From IMG/VR virus record IMGVR_UViG_3300044712_001570, positions 1-64,000 of that record: a stretch of 64,000 nucleotides of DNA. One strand, written 5' to 3'. Numbering within the stretch: the stretch's first letter is position 1; each line of letters opens with the position of its first letter. This DNA is from a virus. The notes under the pieces were generated by a model. It did no database searches, had not been told where the DNA came from, and saw nothing but the letters and a program-made list of their open reading frames with translations. This document shows, in pieces, positions 36,612 through 45,864 of this stretch. Both the position numbers and the translations under genes were made by a program.

Positions 36612-39179
36612 ATGCGAACTATTCCTCTCTACCCTAGCAAACCCAAGCTTGCAGTCTGCGATAACTATCCAGCCTTTAGGTGCAACAAAGATTGTGCTAA
36701 CTGCGATTTATCTACAGGTACAACGAATGTATGTTCTCCTCCGGAAGGGGATGCAGGTGGTTTGCTAGTGGTGGGAGGATTCCCATCGATTGAGGATTCA
36801 AGAGCAGGTCGACCGTTTACGAATGCTAATGGTCGACTTGTTAGGACTGCAATAACCAAACACTGGAAAGGTAGGGTGGCATTAGATAATGCTATCAAGT
36901 GTCCTCCACCTAGGAAGGATGGAAAGGTAAAGATCAAGCCCACTTATATAACCTGTTGCAGGCCTTATCTATATTCTACCTTTCAAGATGTTAAACCTAC
37001 GAGGGTTATCGTGTTAGGTAATGATGCAGCAAAGAGTGTAGTTGGTAGGGGAGTACCATCCATAACAGTTCGAAAAGGTTATACATGGTCATTCGAATAT
37101 GGATGCCCTGTATTCTTTGTTATGGACCCAGCATTCGCTATGCATAATGACAGCTACAGGGAGTGGTTCGAGGAGGATATGCAACATGCCTTGACCTGGG
37201 CACCACCACCACCTGTATGGGATGCACGTGCTGGCTTAGTGGAATCGGAGCAGGATGCCAAAGAAGCACTCGAGGTTCTAGCGACAGCAGATTGGGTATC
37301 GTTCGACGTAGAAGCTGCTGGACTAATGTTCAACGCTAGCTATCGGCTATTGAGTGCAAGCTTTACTGCAAAGGTTGATAATAACCTTGAGACATTCGTC
37401 TGGACTAGCAGAGGACTTAATACCGCATTCAATGCGTATAAAAAGATTCTAGAAAGTAGTATACCTAAAGTAGGAGCTAACATTAGGTACGATGGGTTAG
37501 CAAACCAAGTACTATATGGTATACATCTTAATAACATTATTAGTGATGTTAGGTTGGAAGCTAAGCTACTTGATGCAGAGTGTAGTGGTAAGCTCGAAGC
37601 TTTAGCAGAACGAGTAGGAATGGGAGGCTGTAAAGAAGAACAAGAAGCTGCAATGCTAGCAGGTGTAAATAAAGTAAACGCTATACTTCGTTCTGTTAGA
37701 ACTAAAGGCGCTAATGAGTTTAACTTAGGTTTACTTAGAGCCCAAGGTATAGATGATAAGCTTTATCCAGTAGTAAATGGACCTTATGATTATGAAGCCG
37801 AAAGATGGTCATATGCAGTAGTAGAAAAGAATCAACTGTATTCCTATAATGCGAGGGATACCTTAGCTACTGCTTTGGTAAAGGATTCAATCCAACCTCA
37901 GATGGAAGCTAATGAAGCTCTTAGTACTGTATGGAATGATATAGTACTACCAGCTAATGAAGCTTTCCAATGGGTTGAGTACTGGGGCTTTGGTGTATCT
38001 ATACCTGATATCATGGCCTTTAGCGCTTCACTGGACAATGATATAGCACAGGCGGAAGAAAAGCTTAATGAGATTGCTAATCGTATAGGCTGCCGTAATG
38101 TGAACTGGAGGAGTGCAGCACAGGTAGGGCCTATACTATTCGATAAGCTTAAGTTACCTGTTATTGAATATACCAATGATAATGAAGATACGTATGCTAC
38201 AGGTGGTGATGTATTAGAAGCGTTAGTAGGTAAGCACGCTATTATAGAGCATCTATTAGCCTTTCGTAAGGCAGATAAGCTTCAATACTTTGGTTCTGGT
38301 ATGCTACCTCATGTCAGAGAGGATAGTAGGATACATACAAGCATCTTATTGGATGGTGCCCGTAGTGGCCGTTCCTCTTCTATTAAGCCAAACCTTCAAA
38401 ATATTCCTAAGATTGCAAGGAAGTACTTCGTAGCCTCCCCAGGTAATCTATTAGTACAGCTTGACTATAAGCAACTCGAACTAGTCATAGCCGCTATGGT
38501 TTCTGGTGACCCTGAGATGTGTCGAATCTTTAGGGAGGGGATAGACTTCCATAGGTTTACTGCAAACGTTGTTAGTCAGCTTATGTGGGGTATTCCACCA
38601 GAAGCCGTAACAGGAGACCATCGAAGTAAGGTCAAGCCAGTAGTATTCGGTAAGTTATACGGCAAGACAGATGAAACCCTAGCTAAAGACCTTGGGTGTT
38701 CTGTTGCAACGGCTAGAAAGGTTATAGGTAGTATATTCGATAAGTTCAGTATCCTTAACCGATGGTGCAAGGACATTCAAAGGGAGGCTACACGAACAGG
38801 GGTTACTCATACCTATTGGAATAAAAAGAAAGCTCGTATGAGGTGCTTGCCACATATAACAAGCAATATGAAGGGGTTAAGGATAACAGCGGAGAACGGT
38901 AGCTATAATACTCCTATTCAAGGTACTGCTAACGACTTCCTATTAGTAAGCCTTGTACAGATAATAAGACGCATATTGCAGGATAAACTACCTGCTAGGG
39001 TATGCATAACGGTGCATGACTCTATAGTGATGGAGGTGGAGCAGTCGCAAGCTTATGATGTAGCTCGCATGGCTAAGAAGATTATGGAATCACAACCAAG
39101 TGCAGGAGCAGATGTCCCTTTGACAGCAGAAGTTGAGATAGGTCAAAGCTGGGGTCAACTAGTAAAGGTAAACCTATAA
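36612..39179 (+). CDS. polA: Family A DNA polymerase with N-terminal family-4 uracil-DNA-glycosylase-like domain and 3'-5' exonuclease
   Basis: CANC/NAIKC/TCC Fe-S Cys pattern and GRPF; exonuclease FDVE and YNARD; PNLQNIP, DYKQLE, K.VVFGKLYG, NTPIQG, VHDS. Confidence 0.93.
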   Translation: MRTIPLYPSKPKLAVCDNYPAFRCNKDCANCDLSTGTTNVCSPPEGDAGGLLVVGGFPSIEDSRAGRPFTNANGRLVRTAITKHWKGRVALDNAIKCPPPRKDGKVKIKPTYITCCRPYLYSTFQDVKPTRVIVLGNDAAKSVVGRGVPSITVRKGYTWSFEYGCPVFFVMDPAFAMHNDSYREWFEEDMQHALTWAPPPPVWDARAGLVESEQDAKEALEVLATADWVSFDVEAAGLMFNASYRLLSASFTAKVDNNLETFVWTSRGLNTAFNAYKKILESSIPKVGANIRYDGLANQVLYGIHLNNIISDVRLEAKLLDAECSGKLEALAERVGMGGCKEEQEAAMLAGVNKVNAILRSVRTKGANEFNLGLLRAQGIDDKLYPVVNGPYDYEAERWSYAVVEKNQLYSYNARDTLATALVKDSIQPQMEANEALSTVWNDIVLPANEAFQWVEYWGFGVSIPDIMAFSASLDNDIAQAEEKLNEIANRIGCRNVNWRSAAQVGPILFDKLKLPVIEYTNDNEDTYATGGDVLEALVGKHAIIEHLLAFRKADKLQYFGSGMLPHVREDSRIHTSILLDGARSGRSSSIKPNLQNIPKIARKYFVASPGNLLVQLDYKQLELVIAAMVSGDPEMCRIFREGIDFHRFTANVVSQLMWGIPPEAVTGDHRSKVKPVVFGKLYGKTDETLAKDLGCSVATARKVIGSIFDKFSILNRWCKDIQREATRTGVTHTYWNKKKARMRCLPHITSNMKGLRITAENGSYNTPIQGTANDFLLVSLVQIIRRILQDKLPARVCITVHDSIVMEVEQSQAYDVARMAKKIMESQPSAGADVPLTAEVEIGQSWGQLVKVNL

Positions 39180-39448
39180 TGTATAAGATATGCATCCTAT
39201 TATTAGTATTACAAGCATGTGGAGGTAATGTATCCCATGAATGCTTGCAGTTAGGTAACCCTCATGGCTTAGCAGAAGGTTGTCAAGCTAGGGCTTGGGT
39301 TATTGATGAAAACCTTCCTGCCCCATCATGTATCGAAGTAAAGGGGCAATCTCTACTTGTAGAGCGAATGGATAATGCTCCTTTATATACTGGTACTTGT
39401 TCCCTTTGGTCCTATCCACAATCAATAGTAGTTGAGGTTAAACCATGA
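39179..39448 (+). CDS. Small putative lipoprotein
   Basis: MYKICILLLVLQAC lipobox. Confidence 0.55.
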   Translation: MYKICILLLVLQACGGNVSHECLQLGNPHGLAEGCQARAWVIDENLPAPSCIEVKGQSLLVERMDNAPLYTGTCSLWSYPQSIVVEVKP

Positions 39449-39891
39449 ATCATATCGAAGAAGTAGTCACAGTAAAGGAAGCAACCTCTATTGATAATAA
39501 CCAACTAAACGAAGAGTTTATACGTTTACCATCCGATCTATCCTACTTCTCTAACCTATATGCAGAAGCATGTGATGCATCTGCAAGGGCTAAGCTTTTG
39601 AAGGAGATGGCAGAAGCAGCTGTAGTACAAGAGCTACGTAGTACTAATGATAAGATAAATGTGGATATGGTTAAAGCTCTTGTTACTTTAGATGAAACAG
39701 TAGAAGCAAGTCGGCGCAATCTTATAACAGCAGAAACAAATGAAGTTCGATTGAAAGGAGTATGTGACGCTATACGAGCTAAGAAGGATATGTTAGTCTC
39801 TATTGGTGCAAACATTAGAGCGGAGTCTGAAGGTAGTCCACTAATAAGACAACAATCCCGTGCAATGCGGGAGAGTGAATCGGATAGGTAG
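39445..39891 (+). CDS. UvsY-like helical recombination mediator candidate
   Basis: IDNNQLNEEF..LP..Y...KKDML.S.GA..R; located next to gp32-like SSB. Confidence 0.5.
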   Translation: MNHIEEVVTVKEATSIDNNQLNEEFIRLPSDLSYFSNLYAEACDASARAKLLKEMAEAAVVQELRSTNDKINVDMVKALVTLDETVEASRRNLITAETNEVRLKGVCDAIRAKKDMLVSIGANIRAESEGSPLIRQQSRAMRESESDR

Positions 39892-39958
39892 CCCAATAGG
39901 TTAGGGTCCTCGGCTCATAACCGAGTTAGTGCGGGTTCGAGTCCCGCCCTATCCACCA
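39882..39958 (+). tRNA. tRNA with CAU anticodon (elongator Met or Ile2)
   Basis: Full cloverleaf: GGATAGG/CCTATCC, D stem GCCC/GGGT, CTCGG-CTCATAA-CCGAG, GCGGG-TTCGAGT-CCCGC, encoded ACCA. Confidence 0.92.
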
Positions 39959-39998
39959 CCCATTGAAGGGTGCATGAAAGTAGAAAGTAGGTCGTATA

Positions 39999-40787
39999 AT
40001 GGCAAGTAATCTAGTTAAATGGGGTTCGTTTGATATTGGTGTTGCAGAGGAAGAACGCAAAGCTGTTGATGCAGAAACAGCCTCAACCAGTGTATACATT
40101 ACCCTAAAGGAGGGGGATACTACTGTTAGGTTTCTTCCACCTCCTGTTGGGGTACAGAATCCCTTTATGCGAACGCATAGACACTTTATCCGTCTAGCTA
40201 ACCTTGAGCATCCAGTGGTCTTTAACTGCCCCCGTATGCTAGCCAAACAACCCTGCCCCGTATGTGAGCAGGTAGATAAGCTAAAAGCTTCTGGTAATCG
40301 TGCGGATTACAAGAAGGCAGGTAGTTTCCTCCCTCGGTTATATATCTTTGCCAATGTCATTGATAGAGCCCAGGAAGAACGGGGGCCTCTTATTCTTCGG
40401 TTTGGAAAGACTATATTCGATCAACTCATGGAGATTCGTACTGACCTCAAGAAGGGTGGTGACTATACTAATCCAGAAGAGGAAGGGTTTGATATTATCA
40501 TTACTCGCAAGGGTAGTGGGATGCAGGATACCGAATACTCGGTATATCCATGCAAACGCAACTCCGAGCTAGGTGATCTATCTTGGATTGATAAGCAACA
40601 CAATCTAGTCAAGGAACGTGAAGTCCTTACCTATGACGAGATTGTGGATATGCTTAAGGGTGAAAATAATGACAATGAACGTTCATCTAATAGGCGTGAA
40701 GCTGCGGGTGGACGAGGAAGAGGAGGTGGTAGAGGACGAAGTGTTCAGGATGATGCACAAGATGCTGAAGTTTGGGATGCAGATTAA
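39999..40787 (+). CDS. Single-stranded DNA-binding protein (T4 gp32-like)
   Basis: VRFLPP, CPVCE, ANVID, GFDIIITRKG..TEY, acidic tail. Confidence 0.85.
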   Translation: MASNLVKWGSFDIGVAEEERKAVDAETASTSVYITLKEGDTTVRFLPPPVGVQNPFMRTHRHFIRLANLEHPVVFNCPRMLAKQPCPVCEQVDKLKASGNRADYKKAGSFLPRLYIFANVIDRAQEERGPLILRFGKTIFDQLMEIRTDLKKGGDYTNPEEEGFDIIITRKGSGMQDTEYSVYPCKRNSELGDLSWIDKQHNLVKEREVLTYDEIVDMLKGENNDNERSSNRREAAGGRGRGGGRGRSVQDDAQDAEVWDAD

Positions 40788-40841
40788 CTAGTTTTTTAGC
40801 CGTCTCCTCTGCTCGAGAGGAGACAATGGAAGGAATATAAC

Positions 40842-40955
40842 ATGTACAGAATGTTGAAAGCATTGCACGCTATAATGTATAAACCAACAATAAGTTGGTA
40901 TACCGTTATAGTGGTATGCGTAGTTCATGAGTTCATATCATTATATAAAACATAG
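40842..40955 (+). CDS. Small hydrophobic ORF (37 aa; not in track)
   Basis: GGAAGGA RBS; MYRMLKALHAIM... Confidence 0.35.
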   Translation: MYRMLKALHAIMYKPTISWYTVIVVCVVHEFISLYKT

Positions 40956-40981
40956 GTAGTTGGCCGGTGAGAGCCGGCTTA

Positions 40982-41104
40982 GGAGTGGCTTGGTGCACAG
41001 ATAGTTTGGCTAGCATGAACATGACATGGATTCCCCACACGCCCTTCCCCACCCGTGTGGCCTAGCTAAACATCTGATAGAGGGTTCGATTCCTTCTCAC
41101 TCCA
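40982..41104 (+). ncRNA. tRNA-capped structured ncRNA (acceptor stem and T-arm, no D-stem or anticodon arm)
   Basis: GGAGTGG/TCACTCC-A acceptor, GAGGG-TTCGATT-CCTTC T-arm, 15-bp helix CAGAT(A)GTTTGGCTAG/CTAGCTAAACATCTG, inner CCACACG/CGTGTGG hairpin with C-rich loop. Confidence 0.7.
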
Positions 41105-41116
41105 CGAGGTAAATAC

Positions 41117-41383
41117 ATGGGTAATCCACTCAAAAGATACGTAAAGGTTGAAGTCCTTGTTAGCGCATCTGGTAAGGGTAAGAAGTGCCACGAATCTTGC
41201 CCTTACCTAAACCGAATGATAGATGAGTTAGAAGGTACTCGTTCAAAGAGTTGTTTATTATTTGATTCACCTTTATCTATATCCGGTAATAATAGTGACA
41301 TTATGCGTTGTCCAGAATGTGTACAAGAAGCAGTAATAATAGATGTTAATAGATTAAAAACAGAATCAAAGGAAAAGCCATGA
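41117..41383 (+). CDS. Small Cys-rich protein
   Basis: C..SCPYL..CLLF..RCPEC; GAGG RBS. Confidence 0.7.
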   Translation: MGNPLKRYVKVEVLVSASGKGKKCHESCPYLNRMIDELEGTRSKSCLLFDSPLSISGNNSDIMRCPECVQEAVIIDVNRLKTESKEKP

Positions 41384-42513
41384 AGATTGCATTCTTTGGT
41401 GACGTTCACCTAGGCAACCATAAAAGGGCAGGAGGAGAGATACTTGCGGGGCTCAATGCAAGGTGCCTGCAAAGCCTTCGAGCCTTTAGGAAAGCTATAA
41501 CCCTATGTATTGACCAGGGTTGTAAGATAGCGGTTATTACAGGTGACCTATTCGATTATGATAGGCCAGAGGCTCAACTTATAACCAAGGTGCAAGAGAT
41601 ACTTGCTAGCATTCCACCTGACTTCGTTATCTATTGTATGGTAGGTAACCACGACCAAAGAAGCGAGCTTATAGGGGACCATGCACTTGGTCCTATAAGT
41701 GGGTTAGTACAGGTTATAGATCAACCCTATTCAACCTTGATCACAGTTGATACTGTTAATGGTAAACCATTTAATGCAGTATTAGATATTATACCTTTTA
41801 CATCTAAGCCTGCTATAGATGCTTTGCAGGAGTACCAAGTAGCAAGGAGTAAGTCTCCTTACCCTGCTAACCTCCCTAGGGTACTTGCAATGCACTTTGG
41901 TTTACAAACGAAAGATATAACACCACCTTGGCTATTAGATGCAAAGGATGGTGTTAATGTAGAACGAGTACTTCTACCAATGTGTCAGAAGTATAACATA
42001 GCAGCAGTCTTTGCTGGTCATTACCATTCAGGGGGTCAGCATACTATTCCTGATAGTTTACCTATAGCTACTCAATGTGGTGCTTTGGTACCAACCGGAT
42101 GGGACAACCCAGGTGCAGGCTATGGTAATGTATGGATACTGGATATACAAGGGGAAGGTATAGATGCAACTCTCCATAGAGTACCAGGTCCTAGGTTTCT
42201 ATCTGATATGGATGATGTTAGGTTATGTAATGAGGATGATAATATCTATCTATCAGTTATAGGTGAGAACCAAGATAGTATTCGAGATATGGTTAGTACT
42301 GGTAAACTAGCTTATGGTGAAGTTCTACCAGCGGTATCTAAGACTAAGCTACAGGATGGTCTTAATAAGACTAAAGGTCTTGTTACTATTGATATAGCCA
42401 TAAAAGACTTTATCGAACGATGGTATGGCGATACCACCACTCTTCCACCAGGAATAACCAAGGAAGCTATAACCAGTAGGGTACGTAAATACCTAGCAGG
42501 AGCACAGTCATGA
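41380..42513 (+). CDS. sbcD: SbcD/Mre11-like metallophosphoesterase nuclease
   Basis: GDVH, GDLFD, GNHD, GHYH. Confidence 0.9.
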   Translation: MKIAFFGDVHLGNHKRAGGEILAGLNARCLQSLRAFRKAITLCIDQGCKIAVITGDLFDYDRPEAQLITKVQEILASIPPDFVIYCMVGNHDQRSELIGDHALGPISGLVQVIDQPYSTLITVDTVNGKPFNAVLDIIPFTSKPAIDALQEYQVARSKSPYPANLPRVLAMHFGLQTKDITPPWLLDAKDGVNVERVLLPMCQKYNIAAVFAGHYHSGGQHTIPDSLPIATQCGALVPTGWDNPGAGYGNVWILDIQGEGIDATLHRVPGPRFLSDMDDVRLCNEDDNIYLSVIGENQDSIRDMVSTGKLAYGEVLPAVSKTKLQDGLNKTKGLVTIDIAIKDFIERWYGDTTTLPPGITKEAITSRVRKYLAGAQS

Positions 42514-44171
42514 TAACTGTATCGAAGGTGGTCATTGAGAAGTTTATGAATCATAAGAAGACCACTCTTACCTTTCCATCAACAGGTCTAATAGTAATAA
42601 CAGGGCCTAATGGAGCAGGAAAGAGTTCCTGCCTGGAAGCTATATCCTTTTGCTTATGGGGAAAGACCCTACGGGGTACAGACCCATGGCCTAGTGATGA
42701 TGGTGGAAGAATATTGGTACAGTTAGCTAATGGTATGTGGGTAGAGAGAAACCAGACTAAAAGCATTAAGGGTAGGGTGCTCTTTGCAGGAGGAAGAAAC
42801 GAAGACCCTATATCCTTTGCTACTATGACTAAGGCTCAAGAAACCCTTGATTCAAAGCTATGTAGTTTTGATTGCTGGAGTAAGTCCAGTATCTTTTCCT
42901 CTGCAGATGCAGCTACCTATTCCGATGCTACTGACATGGAGCGAAAGCTTCTCCTGGAGGGTATCATAGGTTTGGATGGTTGCTCCAATGCCCATGAGTT
43001 ATGTAAGGCAGACCTTAAGAGTACCAGGCCTCAACTCATGTCTGCCGATAGTAGGGTTGCATTGGTGCAATCTAAGATTGACCTAGCTAATCAACAAGTT
43101 AGGGCAGCAAGTACTAGATTAGAGGAATGTTCGAGAAGTGCACCACAATCTGCAACATTGGAAGCTACTAAGGCCAAACTTGCAAAGCAACAGGAATCTA
43201 TGCGCAAGTTAGAGCGACAGATTGAACATGACACTAACGTTCATTCAGAGATGCAAGCTAGGGTATACAAGGCTCAGTTTCTAGTTAAGAACACTAAAGC
43301 TTCTTTAGATGCAGCAACCAAACAACAGTGTGAAGCTTGTGGGCAAACCATAGTAACCGATAGTACTAAGATAAAGAACTTACAGGATGCACTTGCTGCT
43401 AGTACTTCAGAGCTTGAATCTCTTCTAGTATTAGAGCAGGAGATTAAAGGTGAGATACCCTATAACAAGGAGCTTCGTGCAGAACTAAAGGTATCGATCG
43501 ATAAGCTATTGGTTGATTACTATAAGCTTTCAGAGTTGGAAGCTGTTAGTTCAAGTGCGAAGGCAGAACACCAAGCTGCACTCGATAGGGCTAATATTCT
43601 TCTCTTAGAGAGTCAAGAGGCCTTAAAGATTGCTCAAGAGGATGTAGAGCGGGTAAAGGCAGAGATAGCCTTGATTGAGTGTGCGGAAAAGGTATTAGGG
43701 ATAAAGGGGGTACGAGCTACAATACTAAGCAATGCCCTGCCTGGTTTGGAGGAGGTAACCAATACATGGCTATCTCAGTTGAACCCAGGTGTAAGTGTTA
43801 GGCTAACTCCTACTGAGAAGAATGGAGTTATAGAGGCGGTACCATTAGATATTAATGGTGTTAATGGTAAAGGCTATAAGAGCACATCCGGCGGTGAAAG
43901 GAGAAGGTTAGATGTAGCCTTAGTGCTAGGGCTAGCAGAGATGGCTAGTGGTGTAACTATTAGGGATACCAATAGCACTCTATTCTTCGATGAGGTTGCA
44001 GACTCCCTAGACAAGGACGGTCTCATAGCAACTGCTCGAATATTCCATGCATTAGCTACTACAAGGTGCGTTGTATTGATAACCCACAGGGAAGAGTTAT
44101 TGGACCAGTTGCAACCTAAAGAGCACTGGAAAGTTATGAACGGCTCTGTAACAGTTGAAAGGAAGTGGTAA
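42510..44171 (+). CDS. sbcC: SbcC/Rad50-like ATPase
   Basis: GPNGAGKS, coiled coil, zinc hook CEACGQ, SGGE, FFDE, ITH. Confidence 0.92.
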   Translation: MITVSKVVIEKFMNHKKTTLTFPSTGLIVITGPNGAGKSSCLEAISFCLWGKTLRGTDPWPSDDGGRILVQLANGMWVERNQTKSIKGRVLFAGGRNEDPISFATMTKAQETLDSKLCSFDCWSKSSIFSSADAATYSDATDMERKLLLEGIIGLDGCSNAHELCKADLKSTRPQLMSADSRVALVQSKIDLANQQVRAASTRLEECSRSAPQSATLEATKAKLAKQQESMRKLERQIEHDTNVHSEMQARVYKAQFLVKNTKASLDAATKQQCEACGQTIVTDSTKIKNLQDALAASTSELESLLVLEQEIKGEIPYNKELRAELKVSIDKLLVDYYKLSELEAVSSSAKAEHQAALDRANILLLESQEALKIAQEDVERVKAEIALIECAEKVLGIKGVRATILSNALPGLEEVTNTWLSQLNPGVSVRLTPTEKNGVIEAVPLDINGVNGKGYKSTSGGERRRLDVALVLGLAEMASGVTIRDTNSTLFFDEVADSLDKDGLIATARIFHALATTRCVVLITHREELLDQLQPKEHWKVMNGSVTVERKW

Positions 44172-44743
44172 CCATGTTATCCGATATTTTATTGTATGTA
44201 GTTGTATTTGGATTAATTATTGTTGCGTATATATCAGGGAGGAGCTGTGTACGCCCTATAAAGGATGGTTTTGATAAAAGCCATCTATATCAACACGCCA
44301 AAGCTGAACTAAAAGACTATAGTATTGAGTCTAATAACGAGGTGCTTGAGCTTTTGAGGGTATTTTATAACCAAGGCCATTCTGGTTGTTCTGCGTCATT
44401 TGTAACGGAACAGTTTTATAAACTCGCAAAATTCCAGCCGTTGCGCCCATTAACTGGTGAAGATAGTGAATGGATTGATGTAACTCCTGACCATTTTCAA
44501 AATAATCGATGCAGTGGTGTGTTTAAAAATAAAAAGACAGGCATTGCGTACTTTTTAGATGGTAGGGTGTTCAAAGATAAAACAGGAGCATCCTATACTT
44601 GCTCTGCATCGAAAACCCCAATTACATTCCCATGTTATCCAAAAACTGAGTATATGGATCGCGAGGCAACAGAAGAGGAAAGAATCGAAGGTTGTAAGCT
44701 ATAAACACCCTAGTTAGTCATAGCTATTGAAAGGAAGTGGTAA
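44155..44743 (+). repeat. 17-nt direct repeat flanking gene 44174-44704
   Basis: TTGAAAGGAAGTGGTAA at 44155-44171 and 44727-44743. Confidence 0.85.
44174..44704 (+). CDS. Conserved phage hypothetical protein with N-terminal TM helix
   Basis: QGHSGCSA...PLTGEDSEW...QNNRCSGVFK pattern. Confidence 0.75.
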   Translation: MLSDILLYVVVFGLIIVAYISGRSCVRPIKDGFDKSHLYQHAKAELKDYSIESNNEVLELLRVFYNQGHSGCSASFVTEQFYKLAKFQPLRPLTGEDSEWIDVTPDHFQNNRCSGVFKNKKTGIAYFLDGRVFKDKTGASYTCSASKTPITFPCYPKTEYMDREATEEERIEGCKL

Positions 44744-44744
44744 G

Positions 44745-45620
44745 ATGATACCCATTTATATACAAGTGATTGCTTTTATTATCTATGGTATTCTATGGTA
44801 CTCAATAGGGTTTACTAATGGTAACCGGGTTCTTCGTATGCTTGAGAGAAAAGCTAATTCAAGCGGGTATACTTCGTTTACCGAATACATTACTGATAAC
44901 CTAGTTAAAGCTAAGTATCCAGGCCTACATTATGTAGCTAAGACATTGCTAGGTATTGATGTAGATATGGAGGGCTTTAGGAAAGAAATAGCTAAAGAGA
45001 GGGAAAGAGTAAGAGAGTTTTCTAAACTAAATAAAGAGTACCTTGAAAAGATATCTAAGCTTGAAGAGGAGGTATGTAATCTTCAGCAGAAGCCACCACA
45101 ACCAAAGAAGGACACATTAGATATTCAGCACCTATACGGGTTCTACTTAATAGGTGTAAACCATTTAGAACTTAAAGGTGATAGCAATAGAGGGGATAGT
45201 TCTAGTACATGTGAAAGGCCTAGCATAACCCTCAATGAGTTGATTGCATATACATGGGGCAATAAGTTATCAAAACCTAATACAATGATGTCCTATACAG
45301 ACTTTGAAGAGGAGATGAAAAAGGAGCTGCATAGTGTCTATTATAAAGACGAGGACACACCACCTGTAATATTACCAACATATATCATACGTATCCACGA
45401 TAAAGATGGGTATACAAATGGTTATGTAGGTAGTAATACCAATATATGCTTTGATAGATTGAATGCAGCTACATTCCAAAGCATTCTATTAGCTGAGAAT
45501 CATCTTAATAAATTTAAAACTACCTACCCACAGTTCAATCCAGTTCTGTGTACAATAGATAAGGATGATAAGATTACTCCCATCGAGGCAAACGATAACG
45601 TATCGCAACCCGGTCTCTAA
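44745..45620 (+). CDS. Hypothetical membrane-anchored protein
   Basis: N-terminal hydrophobic helix and coiled coil; AGGAAG RBS. Confidence 0.7.
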   Translation: MIPIYIQVIAFIIYGILWYSIGFTNGNRVLRMLERKANSSGYTSFTEYITDNLVKAKYPGLHYVAKTLLGIDVDMEGFRKEIAKERERVREFSKLNKEYLEKISKLEEEVCNLQQKPPQPKKDTLDIQHLYGFYLIGVNHLELKGDSNRGDSSSTCERPSITLNELIAYTWGNKLSKPNTMMSYTDFEEEMKKELHSVYYKDEDTPPVILPTYIIRIHDKDGYTNGYVGSNTNICFDRLNAATFQSILLAENHLNKFKTTYPQFNPVLCTIDKDDKITPIEANDNVSQPGL

Positions 45621-45864
45621 CTCCCTTTGCAAATCCTAATAGCCCTAGCTTCCTAAGCTGACTAAAGAAGTTTCGCTTAGTACAAGCTAGGGCTTTTGCT
45701 ACTCCCTCATGGGTCACATACTTAGCATACCATTCCACTATATTAGCTTTAAGAACCTCTATCCCCCTAGCCTTAGCCACTTCGGCTAGCCACCCGGAGG
45801 CTTTCCTGCCCTTATAAACGCAGGGGCGAGGGGGGCTGGTGAATAGAGGGCGAAAGGTAATCAT
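45574..45864 (-). CDS. Small Fis-like HTH protein
   Basis: EGVAKALACTKRNFFSQLRKLGL; resembles 11789. Confidence 0.5.
   Translation of the reverse strand: MITFRPLFTSPPRPCVYKGRKASGWLAEVAKARGIEVLKANIVEWYAKYVTHEGVAKALACTKRNFFSQLRKLGLLGFAKGVRDRVAIRYRLPRWE

Noticed and set aside
40982-41104. Calling this RNA a tmRNA or an ordinary tRNA
   Set aside because: Far too short for tmRNA, no G3-U70 or tag ORF; no D-stem or 7-nt anticodon loop.
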